A program made the translations under genes and the position numbers. The notes under the pieces were generated by a model. That model made no database searches, was not told where the DNA came from, and worked only from the letters and a program-made list of their open reading frames with translations. Of a DNA stretch of 64,000 bases, positions 1 to 14,340 are shown one piece after another. This stretch comes from the human T2T-CHM13v2.0 reference genome, Homo sapiens, in contig CP068257.2 of NCBI GenBank assembly GCA_009914755.4, positions 14,944,001-15,008,000 of the forward strand. Reading direction: 5' to 3'. The number at the start of each line of letters is the position of its first letter. Positions within the stretch are counted from its first letter, which is position 1.

Positions 1-320
1 TTAATGTTAATGATGAGCGCAGTGAAAATACCAGCCGCTGCCACCCCCTGCTCACAGAAGCGCTCTGAGTCAGCATCAGATGCTTTGCCTCGCCTCTCGC
101 TGTGTATCTGTATGCCTGTGTGCGCGCGCGTGCTCGCTCGGGCATCCGTGTCTAGCCGAGGGGAGGGGGTGGCGTGTGAGTGCGTGGAGGGTAAAAGCCA
201 GTCAGTCAGTGAGAAGCAAAGGTACGTTGGAGAGCAACTAAAATCTGACTGATTTCCATCTTTGGAGCATCAGATGTATTCCCTAAGGAGGATGGGTCTC
301 CGTGATGGGGGTGGTATAAT
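1..320. promoter_or_regulatory. CpG-island-like GC-rich block at the window edge, probably a promoter or first-exon region that continues upstream of the window
   Basis: About 17 CpG dinucleotides in the first 300 bp, including a cgcgcgcg run. GC content is about 55% against about 37% for the rest of the window. Observed/expected CpG is about 0.7 by rough count. Confidence 0.5.
100..221 (+). other. Candidate non-coding first exon (5'UTR) ending at a splice donor at 221|222 (AAAG|GTACGT), with an alternative donor at 190|191 (GAGG|GTAAAAG)
   Basis: The GT donor sits at the 3' edge of the CpG-rich block, and AT-rich intron-like sequence follows. There is no open reading frame, so this would be a UTR exon. 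The true 5' boundary is unknown and may lie upstream of the window. Confidence 0.3.
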
Positions 321-638
321 TATGTTAATGTCATTTTTATGGAGGGGTGAGATTTTTCATTCTGATAATTGGTTGAATGCTATGGTCAAAAATTGTAAAG
401 CCATATTCAGTTTTAGGGAAAAGCATGGACTTAGATCTAAGGGCTGTTTTATTTTTTCGCTTTTTGTGAGTGCTGCTTTTTTGTTTTTTTGGTTTTTGTT
501 TTTTAACTATTTATTTTAAGCCATAAGTGATTCAGTATGGGAAATCAAATGATAAACAGAAAGAGATCTTATATAATGATGCATTACATCATGGAGCAGA
601 ATATTTAAAGTCTTACAAGGCAGAGTAAAGATCTGGAC

Positions 639-696
639 AGGGGGTGGGGGGTGGTGGTTGGAAAGGGGTGTGGTACTAGGGTGGAGGAGGGGGGCC
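639..696 (+). other. G-rich block with multiple G3-G6 runs and G-quadruplex potential
   Basis: Sequence is gggggtggggggtggtggttggaaaggggtgtggtactagggtggaggagggggg. It has at least four G-runs of three or more within about 60 bp, on the + strand. Confidence 0.45.
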
Positions 697-3600
697 AATT
701 ACCAAATATTTTGTGCAGTATAGCTTTCCTTGCAGCTTACTTGGAAATGGATGATTCACCTGTTCTACAGGAAAACATTCTAATTCTTTCCATTTTTTTT
801 TTTTTCCTCCTCTTTTCCCTTTTAAGATCAACCACCTCAGAAGAGCCAGATTCCACTTCTGTGGCCAGGACTTTTACATTATGGCTGGTCCGATTGTTTT
901 ACCCTGCGTTCTATGCTACTAAACCTTGGATCATTCCTAAAGTACAAATTCTGTTCTCGAACCACAAACAAGGCTAAAAGATCGGAGGAAATTCAGTGAA
1001 TATACAGGATTGGGGTTGTGTATTTTTAAAAGTATTGAGCTTTATAATGTAATTATTCAAGAAATAGAATCATGGTTTTTTTATGATGTTGCCAGCATTT
1101 TAAATTACATGTTTATTAAGTGGCATTGCTCAAATAACTACAGAGTATGCGTGGAAATATTTGCTGTCTGAATAGTTTGGAGATTCAAAGAGAAAAATCA
1201 AGCTTCAGAGGTATTAAATTATGACATGCAGAAAAGTTTTTGTTTTGTTCTTAACTGCAACGGTATATATTTAAATCCGATTTAAAGTATTATATGTCCT
1301 GGGCCCACCTTACCAGTTGTGCTGTATAGCAGTGTAATGGGAAGCAAAATTTCAATTAGGGTCCCATTAACTGGCATATAATCCTTCTTTAATGTAATAG
1401 AGGCTATGGTGTTGCTGTACAAATCTGCTAGAAGCAGATTTTAACCCATGTTTAGTCTCTTTCTTTGGATCTAATGGAATGACTCTTAACTGTTCATTGT
1501 CTGCATTGTTTCTCATATTCTTCATTATTTTAAGGTCTGGAATTAGTCTATAAATGGTCGTCGTGATTACTCAGCTCATCCTAACTTTTATATATCATAT
1601 ATATTTCTACTGAAGTATTTTAAATAGTATTTAGAGGTAAAAGTCTAAGTGAACCCAACTGTAATTTCTAAGCTATCCTTATTTCTGGAAGAAGAATTCT
1701 ACCGCATCAAACCAGACTTTTCCTAGTCCCTGAGACCCTAACTTGTGAGGTATTTTAGTAACATCACAAGTCAGGCTCTTGGGACCTAGGCGGAGGGGAA
1801 CCAGCAGCTTTGGACCTTATTGATTGTCTGCAGTTACCACCAGAACAAAAGAACATACATAGATTCTGCCTAGGAGAAAAGAACAATGCTTTTCTTTATC
1901 ATCAGCAACGTTTTCACCATGACCCATCCCCAAAAATACTATTGTCAGAAACTGTACTCTAAAGTGATTACACAGTTGCACTGAAATAGCGTTTGTATTA
2001 TAACGATCATACAAAAGCAATATAAGAAACCTGTGTAAGAAGCAAAATTAAAATATAAGTGTTTTAAAATGCTTCTTTTGGTGCATTTTAAGGTGGCTAG
2101 TATAAGAGGATATCTCTTCAGTTAATGAAGAGAGGGGATTATATTTATAACTTTTCATATGCATTGAAATATATACATTAGCTACTTAAATAAATCCTGT
2201 ATGCCTCCATATAACTATGGCTCAGACTATGTCATATACAGCTATAAGCATGCTTGAGGCCTAGAAATAACATGATTTACAATCTTCTTTATTGACCCTA
2301 TTAGATTTTACTACCGATTTAAGAAGAATGCTGTTTTATACTTTGTATTTATTGCCAGGGCTTTTCTGAGTCTTCTATCCAACCAACATACTTTATATGT
2401 CTTAACAATTCTAACAATTATTTTGTTACGAGAGTCCAAGAGTGAAAGTTTCACCAATAATCTGGGAAAATATGTCTTTTTAAAATTTTTTACAGTTTAC
2501 TGTGTACATATCATGGGCCTACGTGAGATAAAACAGTAAACGCCACCTATGAAGTCAAACTGCTTTGACTAGCAACTGCATATGAACTGCATAGTTTTAG
2601 TTTTATAAGAATTTTAGCTTTATCGGAGGTAACTATTCCAACCATAAGTAATATGTCATATTTGAAAGTTTAATAGCCATTGCCACATCAGATATGTCTT
2701 TCTTGGAGATAGAATCAGTATGCTAAATCTATTTAAAAATTTTACAATAATGTTACAAATATCAAGATTCAAAATGGAGATGACAGACTTTCCTTAATAG
2801 AAGCAACAAAGTGGCTTCATTCTTTTAACTATTGCCTTAGATGGGTGCCATAAATTATGTGTCTTCTGCATTGTTAAAATAAATTTATGAATGTATTTTA
2901 GAATACTGTACGGAGTCTTTGTTCATCTTTTTAAAAATTTCTTATAATACCTACTTGAAATATTACAGAATACAAATCATCTATTAGTCATAGTTATTAA
3001 AAATTACTATAACAATATCATAAACATACACATCTATATAAAGCATGCAGAATATGTTTAAGCATGTATGCACACTGTACCTATTCAGATTCTTTATTTA
3101 TATCATCTACTTCATTTATCTAGAAGTTCTGAAATTTTAGGTGTGTGTATGTATATGTATAAATATAAGTTTTAAAGCTCCAAATGAAAGGAGGTAATAT
3201 AAACAGTAAAGAGCTTTGGTAGTATTTATCTTTTATTTCTTTTGACCTCATTCTCATTGGAATTGAGTATTTTTTAAAACCATAAGTTTCTTAATACAAA
3301 GAAATCTATGTATGTGTGTCTACATGTACACAGAAGCTTGATTACATTTAATAGCAATGTTCACACAATGGATCTGAAAGTACTTCTTGTAAAAAAGAAT
3401 ATCACATACAAGTATGTGTTTACTAACATCTGTTTTAACATGATCATAAATAATATCTGTGAAAGGTTCCATCAAGTTAGTTCCAAAACAATGTAAGGGG
3501 TAGATGTTTATTGGCTATAGTGATATCAGATATAGGTTATTCAAACGTGAAAATTTTTTAATGTTATCATATTCATGAACCACACTATATATTAACTTCT

Positions 3601-6600
3601 GTCTCATAAAAGAAATATACCAAAACTGAATTGAGAATGCAGTCATGTTTGTTCATTTTCACCATAAACATATAAAATGTTTTTTACTGATAATCCTGCA
3701 CAATTGGAACTTCTCTATGTAACCCTCCTATATGAACAGTCTTTCAAGAGCGTCATTGACAAAGCTTTTCTTTTACTTCATAAAGGTGTATATAGATTTA
3801 AGTGGGTGACTTTGCTTATGTAGGCTACTTTATGCTGTATGTGCATAGACAGATGCCACTTTTTCTGCATTTCTATCTCAGCTGTCACAGGATAATATTG
3901 TTTTAGGGCTTTATGATATGATTTGGAAAATCAGATCATACTAAGCTTAAAATAAAAAGGAGAGATCTACAACAAAGAGCGAGAAAATGATGTGTGTTGC
4001 ATGCAAAAAAAACAGTGATATTAACAATTCGATGGCTTCCTGGTTGGGAGACCAGCCTGAGCCAGACGCATATATTAAGGGCTGTCTGCTGCCGATGTGA
4101 GCTTGCTCAATGCGGTGGAAATGAGGAATCATCTCCTTTCTGACACCAGCTTATTTGTACATTTTAATTTTGAAATAGCCAATCACTGTTTTACATAAAT
4201 ATACTAACCCCTGCCTGATTCATTTTCTTTCCCATATTGTTTGTTAATTTACTGTGAACTTCAAGTTCCTTTTTTTGGCAAAAAAAATCATCATTCAACT
4301 TCAACATCTACCAAAGACCAATGAAGTATTAGCTTTTCTTTTGTCTCTTTTGTATTGCTCTGATAATATTGTGATATTCATGCTTTTAACTTTTAATCTC
4401 TGTAAGGAAAACATCAATTTTCCAAAATAGCATTTTTTAAAGCCTTTTAGGATCCATCAAGGAAGCCACTCTGGAATTTTGCCAAATCTAAATATGATTA
4501 TATTTCATTTCAGGGTTCATGGGATCAATATCTTTTTCAGTATAAAAGTCCCAAACACTTTAGTATTCCAGTGGAGCTACAGAAGAGGTGTAGAGATATT
4601 CTTAAATCATTTAAGCATTAGGCTACATTAATAGTGTCTTGAAGAGAAATAAGTATCTCAGGAGAATTATAGTACAAGTTAATTACTAATGAAATTAGAA
4701 AGGGTATGTTCTGCCTTAAACTCCTCTTCAAATGGACAGGCTGGTACATGTGCCTAGGCTTGGTCTAATACACCTTAAATATATAAACGGTTTTACAAGC
4801 TGTCATGTTTGGATGAGTTTGAGAAAAGCAGTATATAAAGGGTTAGCTAACGCCCAAATTTTCTTGCCATTTACACATGCAATGCAGCCTACATTTCTGT
4901 AGGCAGCAAATGCAGGCATCATTTTGATTGCTTGAATTCTTTTGTTTAATTTTTTACTAGACATTTAACTTAGCACTCAAATCCCACTGATCCCTTAGAG
5001 ACTGCATTTGGATAAGGAAAACAAAGTTCCTAATATAGAGAAGTTTAAAAAAAAAAAAAATCCTGGGCCCTTGTAAACATTTGAGAAATAGACTTTTAGT
5101 GTAGCGCTGCAAATACATATTTAGAGTGCAGAAACTTAGGTACCTTTATTATCTATCATCATCCTGGTTTTCTTATCTTTCAGTGACCAACTATAGAGTC
5201 GGTCACATATTTATTTCCTATATGTCTTTATTTCTTGAAAGGTTTAGTAAAAACAGTGTAAAAATTGACATATCTTCATAAAATGATTCACACCATTTCT
5301 TCAATGAGCTAGCTTCAATTTTCATTAAATGTTGCTTTTCTCCACGTCTCTACATGTTAAATGTAACTTTATGAAGTACATTAGCAGCCAATAATATTAA
5401 CTTGTATGTAATAGTTTACTTGTAGGAATTTGAAAGCAGGTGGAACTTGAAGGTAATTGAGATTAAGTGAATTTAAGATTAAATAGCTTCATTTTATATA
5501 AACAGTTAATTTCATGCATATTTTATGGACAACTTAAAAGTGAAAAATTCTGATAAGGTGAACTAAATTTTTCATTATTGATATAAGTAACGTGACTTTA
5601 AATCTGTTACCTTAATAATTAATTTCTAAACAAACAAAACAGGTATAAAAATAATCATGGACTATATTCATTAGGTCAAGTAAATAAGAATAAAAACTTC
5701 CTAGGTTTTGTCTTGGCCATATAAGGTCTTTGAGGTGTTTTGGGTTCTTTTGTGTTGATTGATAGATTTAACTTTGCCTCTCTTCTGAGAAGTTTCTCCC
5801 TCTTTGTCAATAGGTGTCTGATGATTTGTGAGCCTCAAGTGACTACTCTGTGGAATCATCTGTCCTTGCCTTTGAATTAGCTTTCCCTAGGCCATGAGTC
5901 AACATTAGTAGTTTATACATCCAAATTGGTAGGTCTTTATGAAATTCTTCTATGTATTCGTTCTAGACATATAAGTGAAGTATAAGAAATTATAGATTTA
6001 CATTGTGGTTGTTTTTACAGCTTCTGGACATCTTTGAGAAAATACTTGGGTGGCATTGAAACACTAGCCAATGGAAGCATTTGATTTTGTAGAATTTTGA
6101 AATGTAGTGCCTTACTCATAGTACACTTCCTAGTCTTGGGGGTGGGAAGACCAGTCTGTAGCTAACTTATTACTGTCTTATACATCATGCTAAAGCCCAG
6201 CCTGGGCATTTGTAAACCTCGGGGAGGTTTCTACTTTAGACAACAGTTTTTGTTGAGGGATTACACCACAGTCAGTTCCCTCCATTTCTCCCTCTCTTCC
6301 TGGCCCCCCTCCCACCCAACATGGAGCCTTTTCAACTCTTCAAAGAAGTGGGAAAAAAAAGTAGACTCTTTATTAATGGCAGAAAACAAACTGGCTGCTG
6401 TACTTCCGAGGCAGCTCTCTAATAATAAAGCAGAGTAGGCACTGCAACAAAGAATTCTTGAATGTACTAAATATATAGGGAAGCCTATTTAAATTCACCA
6501 GAGGGGCTTAGAGGACAAGCAGCAGAAAGTTTAGAATTCAATTCAAGCCATGCCAGAAAATGAAAATGTACTTAAAAAAGGATTTCTGAAACAATTGTTC

Positions 6601-7188
6601 AAAGAAATGTCAACTTTTAAGGTTCTTTCTAGAAGAATGAAATTTGTACTCTAATTTATGTGGTGACTTTTTCAATTAGAGAGGAAAAGTGATTAACAGA
6701 ATCTCAAAGGAATTGTATCTTATGTTTAAAGAAAACGTGTTTTCTTTCCATAGGATGTTCTCTAGTGAGGGCCACCTAGTGCACTGACTAAAAACAACCA
6801 AATATATTTATGGGACAAACAGATAATGTATTTTTTTTTTTTTTTAGCAATTAGACATAACAAATGCTCATCTTACTTTGACAGAAAAATATTCAACTTT
6901 ATATTCTTTCTAGTTCATTTTCTCACATTCAGCTCTACGATTTAAAATATTTTAATTGTAACTCTGAAAGAGCAATTTGCTGATAAATAATAGGACTATG
7001 TGTTTCTAAATTTAAGAGATAAAAAAGTGATCCCTACCTTATCTCTTAGTGATTGAGTCAAGAAATTATCGTTGCCCATTATTTACCTATCTATAAGACA
7101 TGTGTTTCTATAAGGAATACCCACATCTATAAGAATATATATTTTATTAATCACAATGTTCACTTTCTTTATAAAAACTGCTTATAAA

Positions 7189-7554
<366 letters not shown>

Positions 7555-8737
7555 TTAGAAGTAACATAGATATTGGAAAAAAAAGATCGTTTTTCTTTGT
7601 CCTCAAGGATTGCAAGTTTTAAAGAGAATGGAGGCTTGGACTTGCTAGTGACCATCTTTGTTGCCATTGTGGAGAGATTCTACCTGAGAATGAAACCCAC
7701 ATGGAATTCATCAGTTCCACAGTATAATTTGTCAGCTTAAAATAAGATATTTATTTATTAATGCATCTATTCTTCCCACCCTCCCCCAAGTTCTCTCTGC
7801 TGGCTCTGCCTCTCCCTCTCACCTGATATGTTCTCCCTCTTTCTTTCTCTTTCTCTCCAGTGTTGACTTCATTCTCAGGTAAGCTTTCTGAATGTGGTGG
7901 CAAAGATGGCCACATACAACTTCAGACTTGCATCATGCGTCATCCTACAGCCTGTGAATCCAGGAAAAATAAACAAACAAAAAGATTCTCTTTATGCCAA
8001 CATCAATTTCAGTTGTCAGAAAATCTTGGATTGGCTCTGTTTTGGTGACATGCCCATATGTGGATCCACTTATTTGATAAACAAGGACTACTCTGATTGG
8101 ATGGCCAATGTAGGGAGGCAAAAGACGACTAGCCTATCAAGGTCATGAGGAATGAGTGAGGGTCTGTCAGTCGTAGAAAGTGAAAGGAATTTAAAGCAGG
8201 CGGGAATGTAATGGAACACACAACCACCACTACACATTTTTTAATTACTGAGTATAATGATGATTGATAGGCTTTTGAAAATGTTTGTCTTGGTAAACTC
8301 ACTGGTACCTATCAATGTGTAGGCAACATTAGTTTATTTTGCCAAATGTCCTCTTACAGCATGGAAACTATAAAACATCTGCTGCAGCAAATCTCAACCT
8401 TGAGTGTCATGAGATTAATTACTTTTATTAACACTTTCCATAAGCATGTAATATATGACATATACCAGGAAAGTCAGCATTTGGTCTCATTTAGGAATTT
8501 GAAATTTTAAAAATTATTTAAGATTACTAGAAATTGTTTGGTAAAGAAGAGATGATTATTTTTTTCTGTAGCCTATTGTGTCTATCCTTAACCACCATAT
8601 GATCAGACCATTTCCTTACAGCAAATTTTATATCCTCCCCACTTTTACCTCTAATGTTAGAGATAATTAGTGCTGATTCTTGGAAATTTTTATTTTTGTT
8701 TATGAATTAATTTCTTCCTCTACTACTATTATACATA

Positions 8738-8800
8738 TATATATGCATTATATATACATATGTGTGTGTGTGTTTGTGTGTATGATGTATATATGATGGC
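8738..8800. repeat. Imperfect (TA)n/(GT)n dinucleotide low-complexity tract
   Basis: Sequence is atatatatgcattatatatacatatgtgtgtgtgtgtttgtgtgtatgatgtatatatg. Confidence 0.6.
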
Positions 8801-10620
8801 TACAGTTATAAAATAAGGATGTTAGATTCTTATTCCATATCCTTTACCTTGTTGCTCTTTTGTTTATCATAGTATGACCTGGGTGGTTTTTAACATTTTA
8901 CCATCAAGAACTACTATTTAGGAATCTTTCTCAATGAAAAAGAGATTAATTTACTATGAATAATGGTTCTAATGCAAAACATTTTGGGCTTTTGTTGTGA
9001 TGCAGATGAGCAAAGCCATAAATATAATTTAGAGAGTTTGAAAATGTATTTTAACATTCACAATTCTTCTCACTAATTAATCAAATTACAAAATTATGCT
9101 GTGGCTTCCAGTATATTAAAATAAGTTGTCATATTTGGAACATCTGTTTATGGTCCTATTATGAATATGTATTTCTAAAGGGCTGAAATATAGATTGCCA
9201 TAAATAATGTTTGCAATTTAGTCCGTGGAAAAATGATACCTACTTCCCTTCACAATGCTTGTTTATTTCCCACGAAGTAAATCTTCCAGATTGTATTTTA
9301 TCATTTTCTTATCAAGACGGAGGAAAAAAGACTCGGGTCTTACTTAAGCCTTGCTGATTGGTTAAGAAAAGAGATGGCTGTCATCGGCAGCCTTGCCAGA
9401 CACTGTACCGTGGCTCCAGACAGTCAGCTGGTACTATCGCTTTGTCTCAACTATAAATCACAGTCTCGTAATGGCCAAGGCTGACACCTTGACATTTTCA
9501 AGAAGAGTAAAAGACCTGATTTGAATGGAAATCAATTTCATTTCACAAATCTTGGGTGACTACTCCAAGCCTTTTCTTGTGTCTTCTTGAGACTTATTTG
9601 GGATTTTCATGATCATCAGAGGATTATTTGAGTGTTATATTATGACTTTTTAAAGCTATAAAACCATATTCTTACTTCCTTCTTCATTCCTAACATGAGA
9701 AAATTGATTTTTAAAGTTTTATGTAAGAAAAATCACTAATAAGCACTGATAGTTTTTAAAATGGCAATAGCAGCCAATGCTGTTTAGTTTTGCAAAACTT
9801 TTGTAAAATGTTCTCTGATTTAAAAGTACAAGCTGTGTACACACGTATCCAGATTAACCTTTGATTACCTGATAATAAATATTAGCAATTATCAAGTGAT
9901 TTTGCACTTCAATCAAGCAGGTCTCAATGAAACTTAAAATCTTTTGAAAAGTATTTTCACTTTTACGTTCTTAGACATAACAAGAAAGTTTTAAGCCTTA
10001 AATTTTAAGTATTCTAGAGCCAATGATGAGTAAAAAGTACTTAATTATGTTAGATGGGACCTTGCATTAAATTGCATCCGATCTTTTGACCATTCGACCC
10101 AAGTGACACAGAAATAATTTCATACTTTACTAGTATGAAAAGAAATTCTTTTTGGGGCTTTTAGGAGCTTGGCATTGAATGTTTAAAATGTTTAATATAC
10201 TTATTCTGTTACATCTTTCTCCTTTAGAAGAATACTACCATTTCTTTAAAAGCACGGAGGGGAAGACATTTCTTCTTTCCTGGTATTTTGTCTTGATCCC
10301 TCTCCAAGAGTGATCTAAGCTCAGTAAAGCCTTGGTCTTCTCGACACAATATTAATGGAAAATGTTAACCTTACCTATCTCTCTTTTTTAAGTATGGAGG
10401 GATTACCACAATGCCTTGTGATGATTTCTCTTCATCTTCATTGTTAGTCCTCAACTTTGTCTCAAATCATAATTTTAAACAGATAAACTTTGATTGTTAA
10501 ATTCATTATTTTGTAAAGCCCTATGAACGAGTGAAATTACACACAGTTACAAACAGGATTCCCAACCCTTAAATCTTTTTATTCATCCTTCTATCCATCT
10601 ACTCATTCATTCATAATCTA

Positions 10621-10979
<359 letters not shown>

Positions 10980-11066
10980 TTAAAAAACAAAAAAGTTATC
11001 AAGTCAGAAAGTGATCTATCCACAAAGGAGATGTAAACACAACGTTCTGATGTTTTGGGATTCTAG

Positions 11067-11391
<325 letters not shown>

Positions 11392-14190
11392 TGAAAAGTC
11401 ATTTATTTTAGTCATTGAAAATCAAGGACAATTCCTTGGTGGAGGCTGCATTTAGCTGGTCCCTAGATAGGAAGGATTTCTAGAGAAAGTGATGGAAGGG
11501 CTTGGGTTTCTGGGAGACTATACAGTATATACAAATGTGCAGGAACAGGAAAGCTGGGCTATGTTTGGCAATGAATGTTGTTGCAAAGTTAGGTGCATTG
11601 TTGGAAAGTTAGTAATTGAGTGCCTAATAAAAAGTAAGCTGAAATCAGTTGATGGAGTAGCTACAGAGTTCAGGGAGGTTGTCCTGGGGATTGTGCAATT
11701 TTACAATGGAGTAGGCACTGAGGACCTTTTAAATATTTGGGGACAGACGCAAGGATGTAAAGTGCAAGATTAATCTGTTTCCAGTCAATATGGCTTAATA
11801 CTCCAATCCAGAGGACCTGTCAGAATTACTGAGCAAGCTTTATGTAGACACACCATTTTTCCTACCCCTTAAATTCTGACTCACTAGGTCTGGGGTAGAG
11901 AATGTGCAGGTGTGTTTTGTAAAAGCTCCTAGATGACTGGCTAACACACAAATTGAGAAAGAGTTGGATAGAGAATGCTGAAATGAGAAAATATAAGGGA
12001 TTATTAGATAGAAATAAAGACTATTGCAATGTGTAGGAAGAACAAAAATGGAGATATAAACCAGGGTTTCCTAACATGAATTTCACATGCCCCTAGACTT
12101 TTGGGGTTTTATATTCCTATGAGAGTGCATGTAATATTTTGAGTGTATGTCTATTTTTTTTCTGGAAAAGGTGATCTAACCATGTATATAATATTTTCAA
12201 AGACTAAAATCACCCAAAATTAAGAACTACTAGGGCCAGTTAGTATGAAGTAAATGGGAGAAAGTTCATGAATCTACAATTGGAAGTATTTAATGACAGA
12301 GTAGATTGCATAGGGATGAAATTTGTGGCAAGAAAGAAAGGCAGAGAAGATTTCATAAAGTTTTTCTACCTGTTGATACTAAAAGAATTAGAATCATCAT
12401 ATTCCTTTTGTGAATTAGCATTAACTTCCTCTTACACTTGTATTTCAGTTAATAGAACTTTGATATTAGGCATGGTGTGAATGTGGCACCACAGGAAGTT
12501 GTTGAAGCAGTAGTGAAAAATTTAGAGATGACTACATAGCTTCAGAAATCATTCTTCTAGAAACATAGTTGAACACTTTTGAAGTTAGGGATCAGGTTGC
12601 TTCCATCTTGTTGCTCTAGTAGAAATGCAAGGAGAAAAATAAAGGCACTGCACTCCCTTTTAAGGAAACAATTTGGATTTTTATAAACAGAATCTACTAT
12701 GTCCTTAGAACTTAATCACAAGTTACACAAAGTTTTGGAGCGGAGGGGTGCATGAAAATGCAGACTTAATTCTAGGTAGTTATTTACCCAGCTAAAAATC
12801 AGAAGAAAAAAAGCAGTAGATATTGAAGAAAAACTATCAACCTGTCATAGTGAACATCAACAATTTTGAAGCATCTGATAATAAATGAACCCAACCATAA
12901 TATGAGGACATTTATCTCAACCTTCTCCTTAAATAATATATTTTGCTTAGAAAGATGTACAGATTTCTTTATAACATATCTTATGACACATTTTAACACC
13001 TGTCTTATACAGGTGATTCATATCCTGAAAAGATTAGAACACTTCCATGTTCAACTGGAAAGATAATATTACTGGTTGCAAATGCAGTTAAACCTATTCC
13101 AATGTTACTAAGCCTACTAGTCTTGAACCATTTTAAAACAATTTAAGATATTTTCACATTATCTAAAGATAACTAGGTTTTTTACAAAATAAAGTCTGGG
13201 GAAGGACAAAAGAAAAAGTAACAAACTCTTAGAGATCGATGATAGCAAATCTTCATTTTATAAAATTATAAAATGAAAAATTCCAGACTAAATAGAAAAA
13301 CAAAAACAACTATTAGTCTCATCAGCCAGAGAATATCTCCTATTATCATACAATGTAAACTCATGTGCTCTATCTCTCTCCACCATCACATACATGCACT
13401 CAATATTTTTATAATCTTTTGTAACTTGTTTTTCAATTGTTATATACTGAATACTTTGCCACATATTATTTTATCATATGCTTATTATGTTATTGTTTTA
13501 TGATACACTAATATAATTTATTTAACCAGTCAGCTCACAGGTGTACATTGAATTTACTTTCACCTTATTTTTAACTAATATAAACACTACTATGTTGATA
13601 AATACACATACATATAATTATATGTAGTGATTCCCTGGGTATATTCATTGGAACAGATGATAATGGCCTGAATGAAGGTGATGGCAGTGGGATTAGCAAG
13701 GCAAAGAGGGATCAGAGAAAATTTAGAAGGTAGAATTAACAGAGTCAAGTGATTGACTGTATAGTTGAATGATATCTGGAAAACTTAAACCAAAATAATT
13801 ACCTCCTAACATTATGCTGTTGCTCTATTGTTCTCCGCTCATTTGATCTATAACATTTCTTTCTTTCATGGGAAGGAAGATGCAATCAAGAATAGAATAA
13901 ACAGAAGATTTGAAGTGACTGGTAGATTATTTTTTAAACTTATAGCAAGTGTAATGAGCTCTAAACAAATTGGTCTGGTTTGGAAGAGATAGACTCACAA
14001 GAAAAAAAAATGGTTTTACTTTTAATTTCTAAAGTTCATGGCCAGAAATATTAGCCTAATCCTAGAGACCTGGATCATAGAACTTATCATAGTTAACTAT
14101 CAAATAGAGAAGACTTTAGGATATGATCTGAAGGTAGTCATCCATCATATAGAACACCATGATACTTTCTAGACTGGGGTCAGTGAAGAG

Positions 14191-14340
14191 ACTAGTGTCC
14201 TAGAGAGAGAAGAAAAAATTGAATATAGGCAAATATTCCTTATTTCACTCCTAGTTTTACACTAGTGGTCGTTAGTGTCCTAGAGAGAAAAGAGAAAATT
14301 GAATATAGGCAAATATTCCCTATTTCACTGCTAGTTTTAC
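14191..14340. repeat. Two-copy tandem duplication with an approximately 80-bp unit
   Basis: The unit agtgtcctagagaga.aagaaaaaattgaatataggcaaatattcc.tatttcact.ctagttttac occurs twice at about 93% identity, offset by 80 bp. Confidence 0.75.

Noticed and set aside
651-977. 108-aa + strand ORF near the window start
   Set aside because: It runs through a poly-G quadruplex motif, a T14 tract and a polypyrimidine stretch. Its composition is low-complexity (FFFFLLFSLL), with no codon-usage or domain signal. The region is better explained as promoter-proximal intron with a possible non-coding exon.
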